From contig NMRA01000678.1 in the NCBI GenBank assembly GCA_002633005.1, positions 65,613-129,612 on the forward strand: a stretch of 64,000 bases of DNA, written 5' to 3'. The notes beneath the pieces were generated by a model that saw nothing but the letters and a program-made list of their open reading frames with translations, was not told the DNA's origin and searched no databases. This document shows positions 1-13,681 of the stretch, in pieces; position 1 is the first letter of the stretch, and every line of letters starts with the position of its first letter. The translations under genes were made by a program, and so were the position numbers. Source of the stretch: Phoronis australis. Lineage: Eukaryota; Animalia; Phoronida.

Positions 1-2760
1 TGATCGGGTTCCGAGCCACTAACTGGGATAACAAGCCTTTTGTTTGTTAAGAACTCAAAAAATCACAAGTCTAAACAACACAGATCTAGGTTCTCCTGTC
101 TGTATTTCATGGAAGAATACTTCGAATTTATTTTCGAACAGACCCCAAACTCATGCTACGGTCCTTGGTAAATTGGCCTGCCGAACTTTGTAGGCTACGG
201 TGTGCCCAAATACCAATAAATTCGTAACAGCGAAATAAAACAACACGTTTTTATAGGAACTCGGTGTATTTTAAGGGTTTTACATCGAAGTTTGATGATT
301 TATTGGTGTTAAACGATGAATTAAAACGATAAGCTGACACCAGTAACCCGTGTTGTGAACTGCTGAACAGACTGCGCGTGAAACCAATGACGTCATTGGA
401 TAATTTCAACACCTCCGTCTGCTGTCAGGTGTCAGGTAACGCAACCGAACGTGCTGTTATCGAGTAGAACTACTCGATCTAAATTGATACAAAATAGGTT
501 GTTTTTTGGGTGGCATGTTCCTTTAAAGGTTACGCAAAGAACAGTCGGCAATAGGACGGTCCCTGGTTACGCAGCGACACTTGAATCTCGCGGTATTTAC
601 AGACAGAGCAGGAACATCTGTCAAGCAGTTGCATAGACTTGTTTTCACACTATTGGAATTTTTCATGTTCTTTGTTGCGTTAATTGTATTTGACCTTCCA
701 ATGTCAGCGAAGTTTTACAGCTTTGGGCTGGAACTCTGATGGCAGAAATTGGATTAACTTGAGAACTATCCGTGGGTGCAATATTTTCGGCGTAATTCCT
801 AGAATCAGGGCGACATTTCTGAAACGAGGCCACTGTAACAACGCATTCTCTTACCTCAAGGACAAAGGAGGTTTCTATATGGGGCGTCCTCTTAAAATTA
901 ATGAGCAGGGGTTGAATTAATATTTAGCTCTGTAAATTTACAGAAAATGAGAGATACGAGAGAAAAAATTGAAATGTTGAAATTCTCGCACAATTCAAAA
1001 ATACATGTAGCTTAGAATGGTAAAAATCAGACCAAATGGCCTTGTTTTCGAGTTGTTTCCCAGACTCCTATAGTGGAGTCTGAATACAAGACAATTAGAA
1101 GCTGGACACGAGAGAGTACGCTCTGTCACAGCACGACTTATAGGGGAGATTTTGCCTCTGGGAAGAGTAGTCACCAAGTAACAGGACCATCTCGTCCACG
1201 AGTCTGCTCATCCCGATTTGTCAAGCAAGTCTTGGCAATCGGCGATATTTCGTTAGTCTACTCAAAACAACTCATCGCGAAGAGACTATTCTACGAAAAA
1301 GAGGAGCTTAACAAGTTATCAAAAGCAAACATAGTCGTTTGGTATTGCTTTTGACGCTCGACGTTTTATAATGACGTCATTCTTTGCTCGTCTGATAGTA
1401 TCGCAATATCGCCATGTGGCTAAATGTGGCGATAACTCTACCGACCAGATCTAAATAAGATTTTACACGGCAGTGTTAGCTGACGAAGTCAATGGGAAAG
1501 ACCGAATAAATGAGTGGGGTTGAGATGTAGGGAAACATTTCATGAGTACTTTCACTTGGTTATGTTTAGTTTAAGAAAATAATGTCCCAAAAAGGAATGT
1601 TTGAGTCAGACCATTAACCATTAAGAAACCGATCTCAAATTTTGTTCCCGTAGTCAAACTAGGTGTGACGTCTGGTTTTAGAAAGAACAGGAAGCTCGTT
1701 ATTGCTTGGGCTTAGGCTCTTCAAGTTGACTTGTTACAGCATGTCATCTTATTTGCCGAGCTCGGTCACGAGCAATGGCGAACCACCAGTTATTTGCCGA
1801 GCTGGTTCCCTGCATGTCCGCTAAGGGGGAAGCGGACTCAGGTATCATTTAATTCCCCCCGGAAAAAAAATTACACCGGCGTTTCTGATTGGCTGGTCGA
1901 ATTCTCAACAGGTAGCCCTTAATACGTAAGCAAACCGGGCACGACTGATGAAGGTAGAGCAAATGTGTAATGACTAGCTTGTGCTCTGTTGGTCAGACAA
2001 ACCGGCCTTTGCCTAATAATTATTGAGAAATGTGAATCGGAAAGTTGTGGCTGTTCCTTTTCGGTGTGCAGTTTTCGTAGCCTGTTGGCATTACAGCTAG
2101 AGTGTCCTTTTTGGCTATCGCGATGTCAAGCTCATAAACTGCCCAGGTCGCAGATTATAACTGTACTCGGTTTTAATACTGACGTTGGTGGCACTCTAAA
2201 CAGAAAACTTGGTTCGCACAGATGTTGAAGAGGCAAAAATCGTTCAAAGTCTGCAATTTTCTTTCTTTGTTGTAAAGCTAATCAATGACTGCCGAGAAAC
2301 CAGTGATAAAACGGGTGCTGCTGAATGATAACTGCGCGTCTCCTTTCCCCTAGCGGACACGCAGCGACGTTGGTTGCAAGACCAAACATCACTTCTTATC
2401 TGAGTAAGGAACAGGATGATACCATGTATCATTATAACCGTGGTAGCTGGACTAAATCCAACGAACGCAAGTATATTGCCGCGTTAACTTCGACCTCAAG
2501 ACGAACAGTAAGTCCGAAGACTAAAAACAGATGCTGGCATCTTTTCAAAGGTTGATTAACAAAGGTTGTGAAATTGTTGCTCTATCACGCAACTGATGGC
2601 TCAAACTTTCTACACCAGGACAAAAATGGCTTCGATTGATGCAGCCAGATGTGGCCATGCCTTGAAATAAAACCTTTTGTTGTTAATACGGTAGCACTGA
2701 ATTGTATCTTACCTACTTTTAGAAACGACTGCCAGGTGGTGTTTCGTCAAAGAAATTAAT

Positions 2761-5700
2761 TTCTAATTCATGTCCCTTGTCGCTATAAAACCGATCTTCA
2801 CCGGAGCTCAAAACACGTGACCTAGAAATTACAAGCCTGATAACTGAGATGTGAAGTGATTCCTGTGTTTAGGAAGAATTGTAAGTTCGCTACGATTTGA
2901 GATCATGCTCGGCACTCAGTTAAAATGACCCGTCACGACGTTAAATTAGCGTTGTTTAGGGTCGTCTTTTTATTGGGTGTTATTCTTCATTTTTCAGGTT
3001 TTTCATGGGAGATCTACAACAACCGACTCTGGCATTTGATCTCTGTTGTCGTACCACAAAAGCAGAAAACTGGCGGGAAGAGTAAGTGAACGGAACAGGT
3101 TGTTGCATTTTAATTTCATGTTCTCAGACATTTAGACCATCAATTAGTTCAACTTTCGATGTATCATTTTTTAAATCGTACTGACAAAAAGTGGAATTCT
3201 AATAATGGAAAACCCAACACTACGTATTTGGCAGTTTGATTTAGTTTCAGGTTTCTAAAATTAGTTATACCACACACGTAGATATACGCTGTACAATAAA
3301 CGCACCTACTGACAGCCTCGGCCCCAAGCCTCAAGATTGCGCTGATCGGTTTAGCTAAACCGAAAGTCGCGTGCGGCGGTCTACTTTCTCTGCATTGTAT
3401 CACAGTCTCAGAATTCCCACTCACATATATATTGTTATCATACTTCACGGTAATTACCAAAATATTGAATAAAATACTGCAATATGAAGTAAGAATGATC
3501 CGATAAAACTTTTGATTAACGTAAGTCAAACTGAAATCTAAGTCACTCGTTTGGCAAACTCGATCGTTTGAAAGGCGACAATACTCGTTTCCCAGTTTAT
3601 ATACAAACAAAAGCATGCCTTCCAACAAATAAAAATAAAACAGGTTCGTAAATCGCCAGGAAAATATAGATGCAAACATCAAGATAGCTAATGCGATAGC
3701 GTTGACCTGTTTACAACTGAATATGCCACAAATCCGATTCCGGTGTCAAAAGCAGTTCGATGAGTATTAAAATTGTGTTTACCTTGTTATTATCTTTATC
3801 TGCTAATTTGAAATTTGAGAGATTAAAGAATGTCGAGCAATCACGCTATTTTGTTTTTCTTCAACTTAGATAAATTATGTGGATGAACGTTTCGGACGTG
3901 TACGTATTCCTACGCATGAAAGACATCTAGTCCAGCAAAGAGAGAGGATGGAAAATGCCAAAATGTGTGGTCGTACGACGTGTGTTGAAATACGGGTAGT
4001 GATCTGGTCTCGGCATGATCAGAGTGACGTATTTTTACTCTTATCATGCCTCGACCAAACCCCTACCCATATTTCAACGTACGTCATATAACCTATTTTC
4101 ACTTTAACAATTTTGAATCGGAGGAACTTGTGCTTTGTAAATCGCTTGTTTTGATTGCTTACGCAAATTTTATTGTCAATACTGCTGTGCGACATAATTT
4201 ATACATTTGGAACAGTGCCAGATGGAGAAGAACTCTTCAAAGCCTTCCACGCAGATGTCCAGGGAATAAGCGGTGAAATTAATTGGATCACTCAGGAAGT
4301 AACCTCCAAACTTCCGCAGCTTAAAAAAGGCAAGCCAATATTTTGTACCATTGTTACCGCTAGCCGCTTGTCACACACGATCGCACGACTCGGCTTATAC
4401 AACGGAGATATTGCGCATTATGGGTATCAACGTAGGCCAACTGTTAATTCCCATGTTTCAACATTCCGAATGGACACCCTTTTCAGTAGAGGCCATTTTG
4501 ATTTACATTATCAGCCGTAAATACTGACTGACAGATTGTTGTTAGTCTCGGGTACACGCTGGTGCAGGTGTGAGCTACCTCAAAACACCAACGAAACCTT
4601 GAATGACTCAAACACCGATCTTGGATCATTATTCCGTTGTAATGTTGGGCGATACCTGAGAGTTATACTGTTGTGAATCTTTACCACTATGAAAAATGCC
4701 CTTAAGTTCTGAACTGGTGTCCTGTTTCACTGAGCGCACGCAAACTGATAAGTCGTTCCAGGCAAACAAACGACAGATAACCATATTTTTTGTATGGGGC
4801 GCAATGCCTCCAACATACTTCAGGTTTTACGTCTATTTACAAGTTCAATTATTTCTTTGTAGACGATCTGCCACCCCCCGTCGAGGTTCTGAAGGAGATA
4901 GCCGCCATCCAATACATGACTGATAAGATTTCAGTGGACGTCTATGACCTCAGCAAAAGCGCTGTAGGCTTACACTGTAAGTTGAATTTGTGACATCGCA
5001 CCTTTAAAGTTTGAAACTCGTTTCCCGGCATGGCTTACAACTGTTTATCGTAAGTACAGGTTGGCAGGGGAGATAATCAACCTTGCCGTGGTATCAAAGC
5101 CGTGTGTTGGAAGTTGAATTTGTATGCTACGTATTGTAAGTTGAATTCATAACATTGCACCTTTAGTTCTTTAGGATCCAATTCCTGTCGTAAGTACGAC
5201 TTACACTTACACCAACTATTCAGATACTTCTGTCTGAAATTTAAAGCAGTATAGAATCAGAAGCTTGAAAGTAATCCAGGAAAAAACACATATTTAAACT
5301 TATTGTAAGATTTATATGTAACCAACTTCGGAATCATCATACCCCTATCTCGGAAATGGCCGATTGTAATTTGAACCCACGAAAATACCCGAGGTGTTAC
5401 GAATTATGGCTTTCCGCAATTTCATTTATTTGCGTACGTTTTTCCACCCAAAGGGATTCAGTTGGAATTGAATTTTTGTGCTTTCGTGCTAACTTAATTC
5501 GTGTATCCATTTCACCTTAATATTGCACTCTACGCTACCGACATAGAACAAACTGAGCTTAAAGTTGTATTGAGCTCTGTTTAGCTGGATACAAACGAAA
5601 ATCAAATTGGGCCTTTTACTTTCATAACATCGGTTTCGCGATATTCCATACCGTGAGACAACTCCGTTTCCTTTACCATCAAGAACATCGGAACCACCAG

Positions 5701-8700
5701 GGACTTGAGGAAACGCTTCAAAGTTTATTGGTGTTGGCCAACCCGAAAATGACGAATTCAAAACTGACTAGTGTACATATTGATTGAGATGTAATCGGGA
5801 ATAGAATACTATCACAGTTAGGACGGGGATATCTTGAGACCGATCTCATGAGAGTAAAAACTCTATTTTTCGGCATTCCTTTTCTGGCAAACAAAAGCAA
5901 TGCATCTTGAAGTTCGAGATCAGAGGCTGGATTTGGGGTCGAGTGCACAGGCCTGGCAATGGTGTATAGTAGACGTGTCTTCACGTTACAACGAAATCAA
6001 GGCACAAACCTAATGAACTGCAAAACTCTTCATACGCTCAAATTTCCCGAACGTCAACTTCTCGGGAGAATGGGCGGCGAGGCATGACGAATGAACAACA
6101 ATGAATTGAAAACAACGGCCAGGCGAACTGCAGCATTTTTCAGCGAACGTAAAAAAAATCCCACACGTATGAATACTTTGAGCCTATTAGCAGTATACAC
6201 TTATGTCACATTTCAGCGTACCTAACCAAGGGTGGCAAGGACAACCCTACCCCCGAAAAGAAGGTTCTGTCGGAGTTGCGCTCTTTGATTGACGAACTTT
6301 CTGCACTCAAACGTTCTCACTCCAATGCTTTGGGAAAGGTAATTTCTGTATGTTCACGCAGTATAATAGTTCAGTTACATAACACAGACTGACCAAGCCT
6401 TTTTTGTTTTCTTCTATACCAATAAAATTTATCCTTGTATGAAATATTACCGGTTTGGCAGGACGAACATTTTAACTACTCGCTTCGCACACTCCGTTTT
6501 AAATTTTTATTATTAAGTATCATTTTGTGCAATGACTTCTGTGTTTTGACCTCTTGAATGGACTAAGTCCACGTTTTAGCTTTCAAAATCGACTTTGATA
6601 TCTACGCTTTTTCTTGGTAATCGCTCTGCCAAAAGTAACTTGTTATCTCTGAACTTTAACAGGCGAAGGAGAGAGAAGACTTTTTGACCTTGGAAAATGA
6701 CAAAGAAGCGGACCGGAAGCGTCGTAGCGTACTTCGTGAGACGATGAAAGCTAATCGAAAGTAAACCGATTAGTCGAGAACGTGTTTCCGTTGGAATCGA
6801 GTTCACGTTCGGATGTCAGAGAAGACCGGAAACTCCTTACACAATTGAAACACATTGGGGATTAAATACAGATACTTGAAGATTAACCAACTTACTAACA
6901 TGGGTTCATACAAATTTCACTCTAGAAATAAAACATTTTCAAAGTATCAGACGTTTGTTTTAGTGACGACTAAAAATCAAAATTGTACACGATCATTAAC
7001 AACATTTACAAATCCAATGTGTTTCCTAGTCAAAGTAGATGTGTTTTGATCCTTTTTAACTATCCACTCTATTACAAATTACCTGCAAAATTACCTGTCG
7101 CAGACAGGGTAAGAGACCATGTGCAGCTGCACCAATCGTCTCACCACACCACCACAACAGAAGACGCAAACTTTCAAAACTGATGTTACCCGTTAGCTGT
7201 TGTCTTTGCAGTCGCCTCTGTATGCCCCTGCACCAGCTTGAGGCGCAGGTCGCAAATAAAATTCCAGAGTTCAGGGTGATGGGGATCCCGTCGCCAAAGG
7301 TAGACAATCTCGTTTTGATGTTGACGGTGGAAGAGTGCTTAACCAAAAGCTTGATATCGGAGACGTACAGATTCAGACATTGAATTATTTTGTTAAAACA
7401 CCTGTTCTAAGTGGGCATGTACATGTGCATGTTACATGCGTTATTCTGAATGTACGCGCAAAAGGAGCCTCAATACGTGCATGGCAGTAGCAATCGTCAT
7501 TTTACAAAGACGTTTTAGTCAAGAGTAATCGAAATTAAAGTTGCATGTCATACTCGTGCACAAAATTAGCCACGATCAGATTGAGGGAGAGCAGAAGGGG
7601 CTCGGGTTCCCTTCTAAGGACGCTGACAGCATACCGCTCCCACCCCCTTCCAGCTTCCTAGATCCGCAGGAGTTAGCAGTCACCAATCTCTTCTTCAAGG
7701 AAGGAATCAACAATTGGTCGGACTTCAAACCACGGAGTTCTAACTTGGTGGTCGGACTTCAAAATTGGTTAGCCGGTACCTCAAAACAAGATGTTCGCGC
7801 CCCAAAAAATGGTTAGCTAGACCTGAAACGGTTTGGCCGGTGCCCAAACACAATGGGGAACAAATCACCGATTTTGAACAAAACAAACAAACAGGTACTA
7901 AAAATAAACACTAGATGTCACTTAAATCTTTCCATTTAGAGCTAGTCTCTGAGGAAGTCCCACCATTGTGTTTGATAACCGTTCAACTGCTTGCAGCACC
8001 GGCCATCGTGTTTTGAAGTGCGGCCAACTCGTTTGGTCACCGACCATCTGGTTTTGCATTCCAGCCGATCGGTTTTCAAGTCCGATCAGTTCTCTCGGAT
8101 GCACATTGCCCCTCACTCACTTTTCCCGTATCTCGGACACATTTCTGTACGCGTGGACGGTCCAACCCTGCTCCCGCACATAGTGTTCTGTGCCCCTCGG
8201 TGCCACTTCTCTCTTCACGGACAAAGTTGTCAATAAAGCTGCCGACTGGTTTTGGTTGCTGTCTTTTCTCAATGGTTTATTTCAGTATCGTGAAATATGT
8301 TCGCGAGACGCGAGAAGTGATCCTGGATGGGGAATATGCGTCCGCGACTGTGGAATAGCTTGCGCGAGTGGGATTTTGTTGTCGGGCAATTAGCCCTAGC
8401 CGTGCGCGAGCATAGAAGTCTAACTGCCTTGCCTTAAATTATTTTTTTTCACGGGATTCAGTCTTGTTTCGACAAAGTTTGAGTCCGTAACAAACAACCT
8501 CTCCGCTGAAGAAAACAGTTTCGATGTAATCAAGGTATAAACCATAAGTACCAGCAAATAGTTTTGTCCGACTTTGTCTGTGCCAAAATGAAGAGGAGCC
8601 AAACCGAGGGCGGGGTTCTACACGGTCCTGCCCGACCTTGGTACGCCATTGATATTGAGAGCGAACACAAGTTAACCACCTGGTACTCTCCAGCGTCCTG

Positions 8701-8897
8701 CAGCAGGCCTTTCGCAGTGAACAAGTCCCACCGTTGGCTCCTCCAACCCCTGTGCGGGACTCTCCTGGTCGTCTCGACAGTGATTTTACACCAAAAATTT
8801 GAAAAAGATCCAAATTATGATATTTGAAAAAATCAACAGATGACATGGATAATAGCGAATTGACATAGGCCTCCCTTCCACGCAGACACAACCAAAA
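2761..8897 (+). repeat. Segmental duplication, copy 1 (pairs with 27761-33298)
   Basis: Colinear similarity through introns, exons 5-9, 3'UTR and about 2 kb of downstream flank, roughly 75-90% by eye, with copy-specific indels (e.g. about 300 bp extra near 7070-7372 and 8408-8707). Confidence 0.92.
2998..6764 (+). CDS. Uncharacterised secreted-protein family, paralog A (3' part only, exons 5-9; exons 1-4 presumably upstream of the window)
   Basis: Exons 2998-3081 (GFSWEIYNNRLWHLISVVVPQKQKTGGK), 4216-4329 (MPDGEELFKAFHADVQGISGEINWITQEVTSKLPQLKK, GC donor), 4863-4976 (DDLPPPVEVLKEIAAIQYMTDKISVDVYDLSKSAVGLH), 6217-6338 (SYLTKGGKDNPTPEKKVLSELRSLIDELSALKRSHSNALGK), 6663-6764 (AKEREDFLTLENDKEADRKRRSVLRETMKANRK*). 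AG acceptors, compatible phases (1,1,1,0), no stops, exon-by-exon homology to paralogs B and C; AATAAA at 6927-6932. Confidence 0.85.
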
Positions 8898-11880
8898 CGA
8901 GATACATGTTAACAAGGTATCCGCGGGCTTAGCTCGATTACGTATCCGGGAGTTTATTTGACAATTGCAGAACTGTTGCTTTATGCGACTGGGGTATATT
9001 CAATCGGTAATGGCCTGATTTAACGTTCCCGAATTTTGACAGCCAGTTTTCCCCACTAAATAACTGGCATCAAACTGGTTCTCGAAATGCGGGCACGTTA
9101 TATCAGCCTATTCAATCAATAAAAGTAGTTCTAGGCGCTATACTAACAAGTGACTGTTCTAGCAGCCGTCTTCTTCGACGCTAATTATGCTTTAATGTAA
9201 AAGAGGTTCGTCCCAATAATTTCGACCCGTGTATTCCTGGTACTGCTGTTGCAGTTGTAATTTATCTGTCCTATGTTCACTCCGGTCCGATAGTAGTATT
9301 TTTTTGCGCTACGGGCCCAAGTTTCATTTTACAAATCATACGCCATGGGTCAAACGACTCATGAAATGGACTGGGGACATGTGGAAACGGAGCAACTTTG
9401 ACTAAAGATTAATTGTTTGACACTATCTGTTTTAGATGGCTTCAAAATTCTTGACATTGGTGCGAGAGAGCCCCAACATTTCGCGTAGAATACAAAATAG
9501 GCCAGTAAATAGAATGTCACTACGGAGACATCAAGATATATTTGCAACATGTACATTTTTTAACGCATACTACTCGACGAACTAGAACATGGATTTTTGC
9601 TTTTCACAAAGTCTGTTTTAATTTGGTACTGAATAACAACGTTTCGCCAATTGATCTATCGCATGCTCCGCCCCCTTGCCTAATGTCGAGTAACAAACAA
9701 CAAATTTTACCCGGCAACGTTTTGTTTGTCAGGTAAAATGGCGGCTTGGAAACGAAGGCGTGTCACCAATGATGAGTTCTATATGGTCCGTTAAGCCGTC
9801 ACTCAAATTCCGGGCTATAGGTCAATTCGAGCGCATGACATAGCGAAGGTGGGAGCGCCGAAAGGAAGGTAACTGGGTAGATGTTCGCAGAAAAAAATGA
9901 GGCCGTGAACCCGGGATTCGACTTGGTAACACAATGGTCTCATCACCCGTGTTTATTAATTAGCTGTTAATCCAAATACAAAGAGTGACACTGTGGCGAT
10001 AACGTGAAAGTCGGAGAACATACAATTCATTTGCATAGTGAAACTGCTATCAAGCGTGCCAAATATTTTGAGTCCGTGATTACGACTGCCGAGAAATCGT
10101 GCGAGATATACAAAAAACTATCCACTTGGATAACTATAGACTGCGACATCAGGCAGTACATTACACCGGTGGCAGTTTTAAACGATTCGTAAATACATGT
10201 AATCACCGATAATGCGAAAAAGCACTGTCCGAAGTATGAGAATTACGGCCAATGACGCTAAAATCGATGTCCGAAACTCGAGAAATATGGTGAATGCCAA
10301 ATTCGACAGTGTCCAAAATTTCAAAGTCAAAAAAGTTCAGTTTGGGGCTGGGTTTAGGTGTCCGAAATTTGGGAGACCGTCCTAAATTCGGGATTTTAAC
10401 GTAAGTCAGTATGAAAAGGCCTTAAGAAATGCGTGACTTCCTTGTAAGCGTATTATTCACGGTATGATGATAAGAGCAAAATCTGACTGCTTTTATCCGA
10501 AAAGGAATTAGACATAGTGAAAGTAGCATCTTGTTCAATTTGTGTTAGAGTATGAAGGTAAACCGTGTTCTGCGTATCCACATTGATTTTATTGTTGTGC
10601 CTCCAAAATTTTGTTAATTTCAGGTTCATTTCTTTTCATTAGCATACATTATTCGAGTGAGAGAAAGTGTCACCCGTATTACATTATTTTTTCTTTCCCA
10701 TGCGAGAGGTACTTGGTATGTTTCTCGCCGGGTCCCTACGTGCGGCTACTGACCACATAGCGGCACGCAGGGAACCAGCGAGGGTGTGCTTATCTTTGAG
10801 GTCACGTGCACAGTTCATGGGCCCGTTCCAATAAACTTACTTAAGTTTATTTTTTACTTAAGTCTAAGATTTTTCTCAACTTTAAAACTTTGAAGCTTTC
10901 GCATCTGGTAAGTTAGACAAACTTATAAGTCAAAAACTTGTGATCACTTTCTTAGAACAGACAAATTGAAGTTTTATCTCAAAATTGACTTGAATTTAAG
11001 ATTTGTCTAACCTAGAACCCATGTGCCCAAGTGTTTTCTGATAAAACATTTAACTATTGATGGAGTGGGGGTGCTCTTACAGACTCGGCAATGATTATTT
11101 TTAATATGAGTGATTTGCCTGGGGTTTCTTGAAACACCTCTCCATCCATATTTTAAGTTCAACTAATTAACCGAAATAGTTGAAGGAAATGATATTGATA
11201 CATAATACAGTCCATGTTAAATGAGTAAATGGTTGCATTTGAAAACATTCCACTTGCTGTTTTACTACGCAGTCACAATATTTTAAACCCTTGAGCTTCT
11301 CCGTGTTAAAAGATGCTTTCCTGAAATGAGTGGGGGAAGTGAAGCATGCCTTAGGGAAGTTGTACCTGAACAAATATCGTGAACATTTGGGTTTGTGGGC
11401 TTGCTGGCATAAGTGTATTTTCCACACCAGACGCCCACTACCCCCTTTTGAGAATTCCCAGTTATAAGTGCCTACTATCCTTTACCTGTCTATAGTATTT
11501 ACCAGCCAAGTGTTATGCAAGAAAAATGTTTTGCAAGAAGTTATGCATGACTGGAAGTGTGTTCAGACTGGTATCAGTAACCAATGTAAACAAGCGTGGT
11601 AATATTCCTTTCACTACTCAGACAATTGAGATAAGACAGACAGTGCTCTCTTAATACAGCTACATCCCACATATTTCCAAATCCCAGAAATCTTTTCAAG
11701 AAAAATTTTCTACAAATCTAATGTTGTGCCCTTATGCAATCAAAAAATACCAGCAAGTTTTTGGCAGATTTTCAAAGGTCCTTTTCAGACGTGCTCCTTG
11801 TGTCTGTGATCTTTGAACAAACAATTGCTCAAGGACTGATACCAGCAACTATGAAACTGATACTTGGCAATATCAAATAT

Positions 11881-12369
11881 CACTTTCCCACTAAATGCGA
11901 AACTTCGCTTTTACCGAAGTTTCTCTATGTGGGAATGTTAACTCCAGTACTGTAATTAATCTGCAAGCGAAACTTGGCTGAAAATTGTAGGATTTAAAAT
12001 CGAAGCTTCAGTACTCACCGAAACTTCGGTGTAGTGGGAAAGGTCAGAGCGAAACTTCACAAAGTTATAGGTAGAGGTCGTGGCATTGATATACAATCAT
12101 GCGAGACTAACGTATAGCCTACGTGCTCTCAAAAGACATATGTAAATGAATAAAAGAAAGGATATTTGATGAAGAATGGCATTGATCACTTTCATAAATA
12201 CTCGTAAATGGCAGAACAATTTTCAGTTAGCCTCAGACTCGCAAATCAATTTTTGTTTGAGAGTATGAATGAACTGCGTCATCTGGTGTCGTACTGATAA
12301 CTTCGATATCGCTGTAAGCGGAGATTCGGCGAAGCTTCGGTAAAGCGAAGTTCCCCTAATGGGAAAGCG
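11881..12369. mobile_element. MITE / non-autonomous DNA transposon with about 40-bp imperfect TIRs
   Basis: cactttcccactaaatgcgaaacttcgcttttaccgaagtttc (11881-) versus gaagcttcggtaaagcgaagttcccctaatgggaaagcg (-12369); an internal partial TIR copy near 12016-12042. Confidence 0.65.
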
Positions 12370-12454
12370 GTTTAAAAGGTGAACATTAACCTACAGTAAA
12401 TGATAAACTATTAAGAAATCAGTCAATTAAAGATTGTCATGACTTGTGAGTTTG

Positions 12455-12555
12455 TTTAGAGACTACGAGCGTGTATATTATTAAGCTATCTAACAAAAAG
12501 TACAGTCTTGCCTTCAACCAAGTTTGTGTCAATGAAGGGCTGCTACCAAACAATA
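12455..12555 (+). mobile_element. Possible fragment of a Penelope-like element ORF N-terminus
   Basis: IKLSNKKYSLAFNQVCVNEGLLP resembles the FN..C..E.LLP motif I recall from N-terminal regions of Penelope-like ORFs; short and unverified. Confidence 0.35.
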
Positions 12556-13274
12556 ATGATTTAAAGCATAGTATGAGAAAGTTTCATATGAATCTAATGA
12601 GCCATTTTTTGAGGTATGACATTCCAAAATTAGCCATATTTGGACACATTTTCTAGGTTCTTATGTAACCTTAAGCAACTTTCCTAGAACCATGCAGTCT
12701 TAAGACAAACAAGTTACAAAACCATTCACTGTCTAGCGTTTATTTTCGAAATAAAAATGAGGAAAGATTTAATGCAGTGCCGATACACAATCAACATTTT
12801 CAGGCTCGGTCACAAGTCAGCATCATGAAGGCAGTCTTAAGGAGATGGTCAGTGACAAAACAAAAACAGCTGACCATGTCTCCCAGACACAGAGTTCACA
12901 GTTCTAGTCAATAAAGGTGTAGGCTTGGCATCAAACCTTGTGTATTGTTACACGAGTTAAGCTATATTGAAGGCTGTCTCAACAAGTCATCTTTAAAGTA
13001 AGATAAAATAAGAATTAAGCAGTCTATTAAGCCATACATTACACGTATGTGCTCTGTTCCGTCCACATTATAACCATAACTTTCCCGACTCGATTTTTTG
13101 TAGTCGTTGCAATATTTACTCAAATCATTAGAGCAGGATGTCACACTCACGTTACCTATACAGTCCTCAAGATAGCTCCACTTAGGGAGATCTGTCCCAT
13201 GTGGAAAGCACTACTGGTCTTTTTGACCAAATATTGTTCGACTCCAGGTAAGAACCTTAATTAATAATGGAGTA

Positions 13275-13440
13275 GGAGGAGGCAGTGAGGCCCGCGAGGT
13301 TGAGTGTGCCTCCTGTTCTCAAGGTTGTAGGTTCGAATCCCATTGAACTCCACTGCAGGACCCTTGAGTCAGGTGTCTAACTCCGCAGCTCGGTCTTAAA
13401 TTTTGCCGTAAATATATATTATTTGTGTTTATTAATAAAT
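13275..13440 (+). mobile_element. tRNA-derived SINE, degenerate, with CORE-like central segment
   Basis: Box A-like gtgaggcccgcgagg, box B GGTTCGAATCC at 13330-13340, then gacccttgagtcaggtgtctaactcc (similar to CORE GACCTTGGGCAAGTCACTTAACCTC) and an AT-rich tail; no intact cloverleaf. Confidence 0.65.
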
Positions 13441-13681
13441 GAAAATGGTTTCAGGCGTGTGGTGCAGTGGGCCCGGATGAATGGCCTGATACAATATGTA
13501 CCTGACCACCTGCACTATTAATGTGTAAAATTTTCTTAGGTTTGGTTAAGAAATGTAACAGAATAAAATTTAGTATTTTGCCATTATGTGGACCAGACAG
13601 GAGGGGAATTGCAATAGCTTCAATTCGCTGTTTGTAAAGGCTTTTGCGAGTTCTGCAGAGACATCTACGCCTGTATTTCAG

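Noticed and set aside
1940-2040. CTGATGA hammerhead core
   Set aside because: No supporting stems or correctly placed GAAA.
1-2760. Exons 1-4 of paralog A
   Set aside because: No segment with matching splice sites and homology to B or C exons 1-4 was found; they are probably upstream of the window.
2761-8897. The 6-kb duplicated block as two copies of a transposon or as uncollapsed haplotypes
   Set aside because: It contains spliced exons homologous to paralog C, has no transposase, RT or terminal repeats, and is much more diverged than the allelic overlaps seen at the N junctions.
13275-13350. Functional tRNA gene
   Set aside because: Box B is present but there is no convincing acceptor or anticodon stem or poly-T terminator; the following CORE-like segment indicates a SINE.
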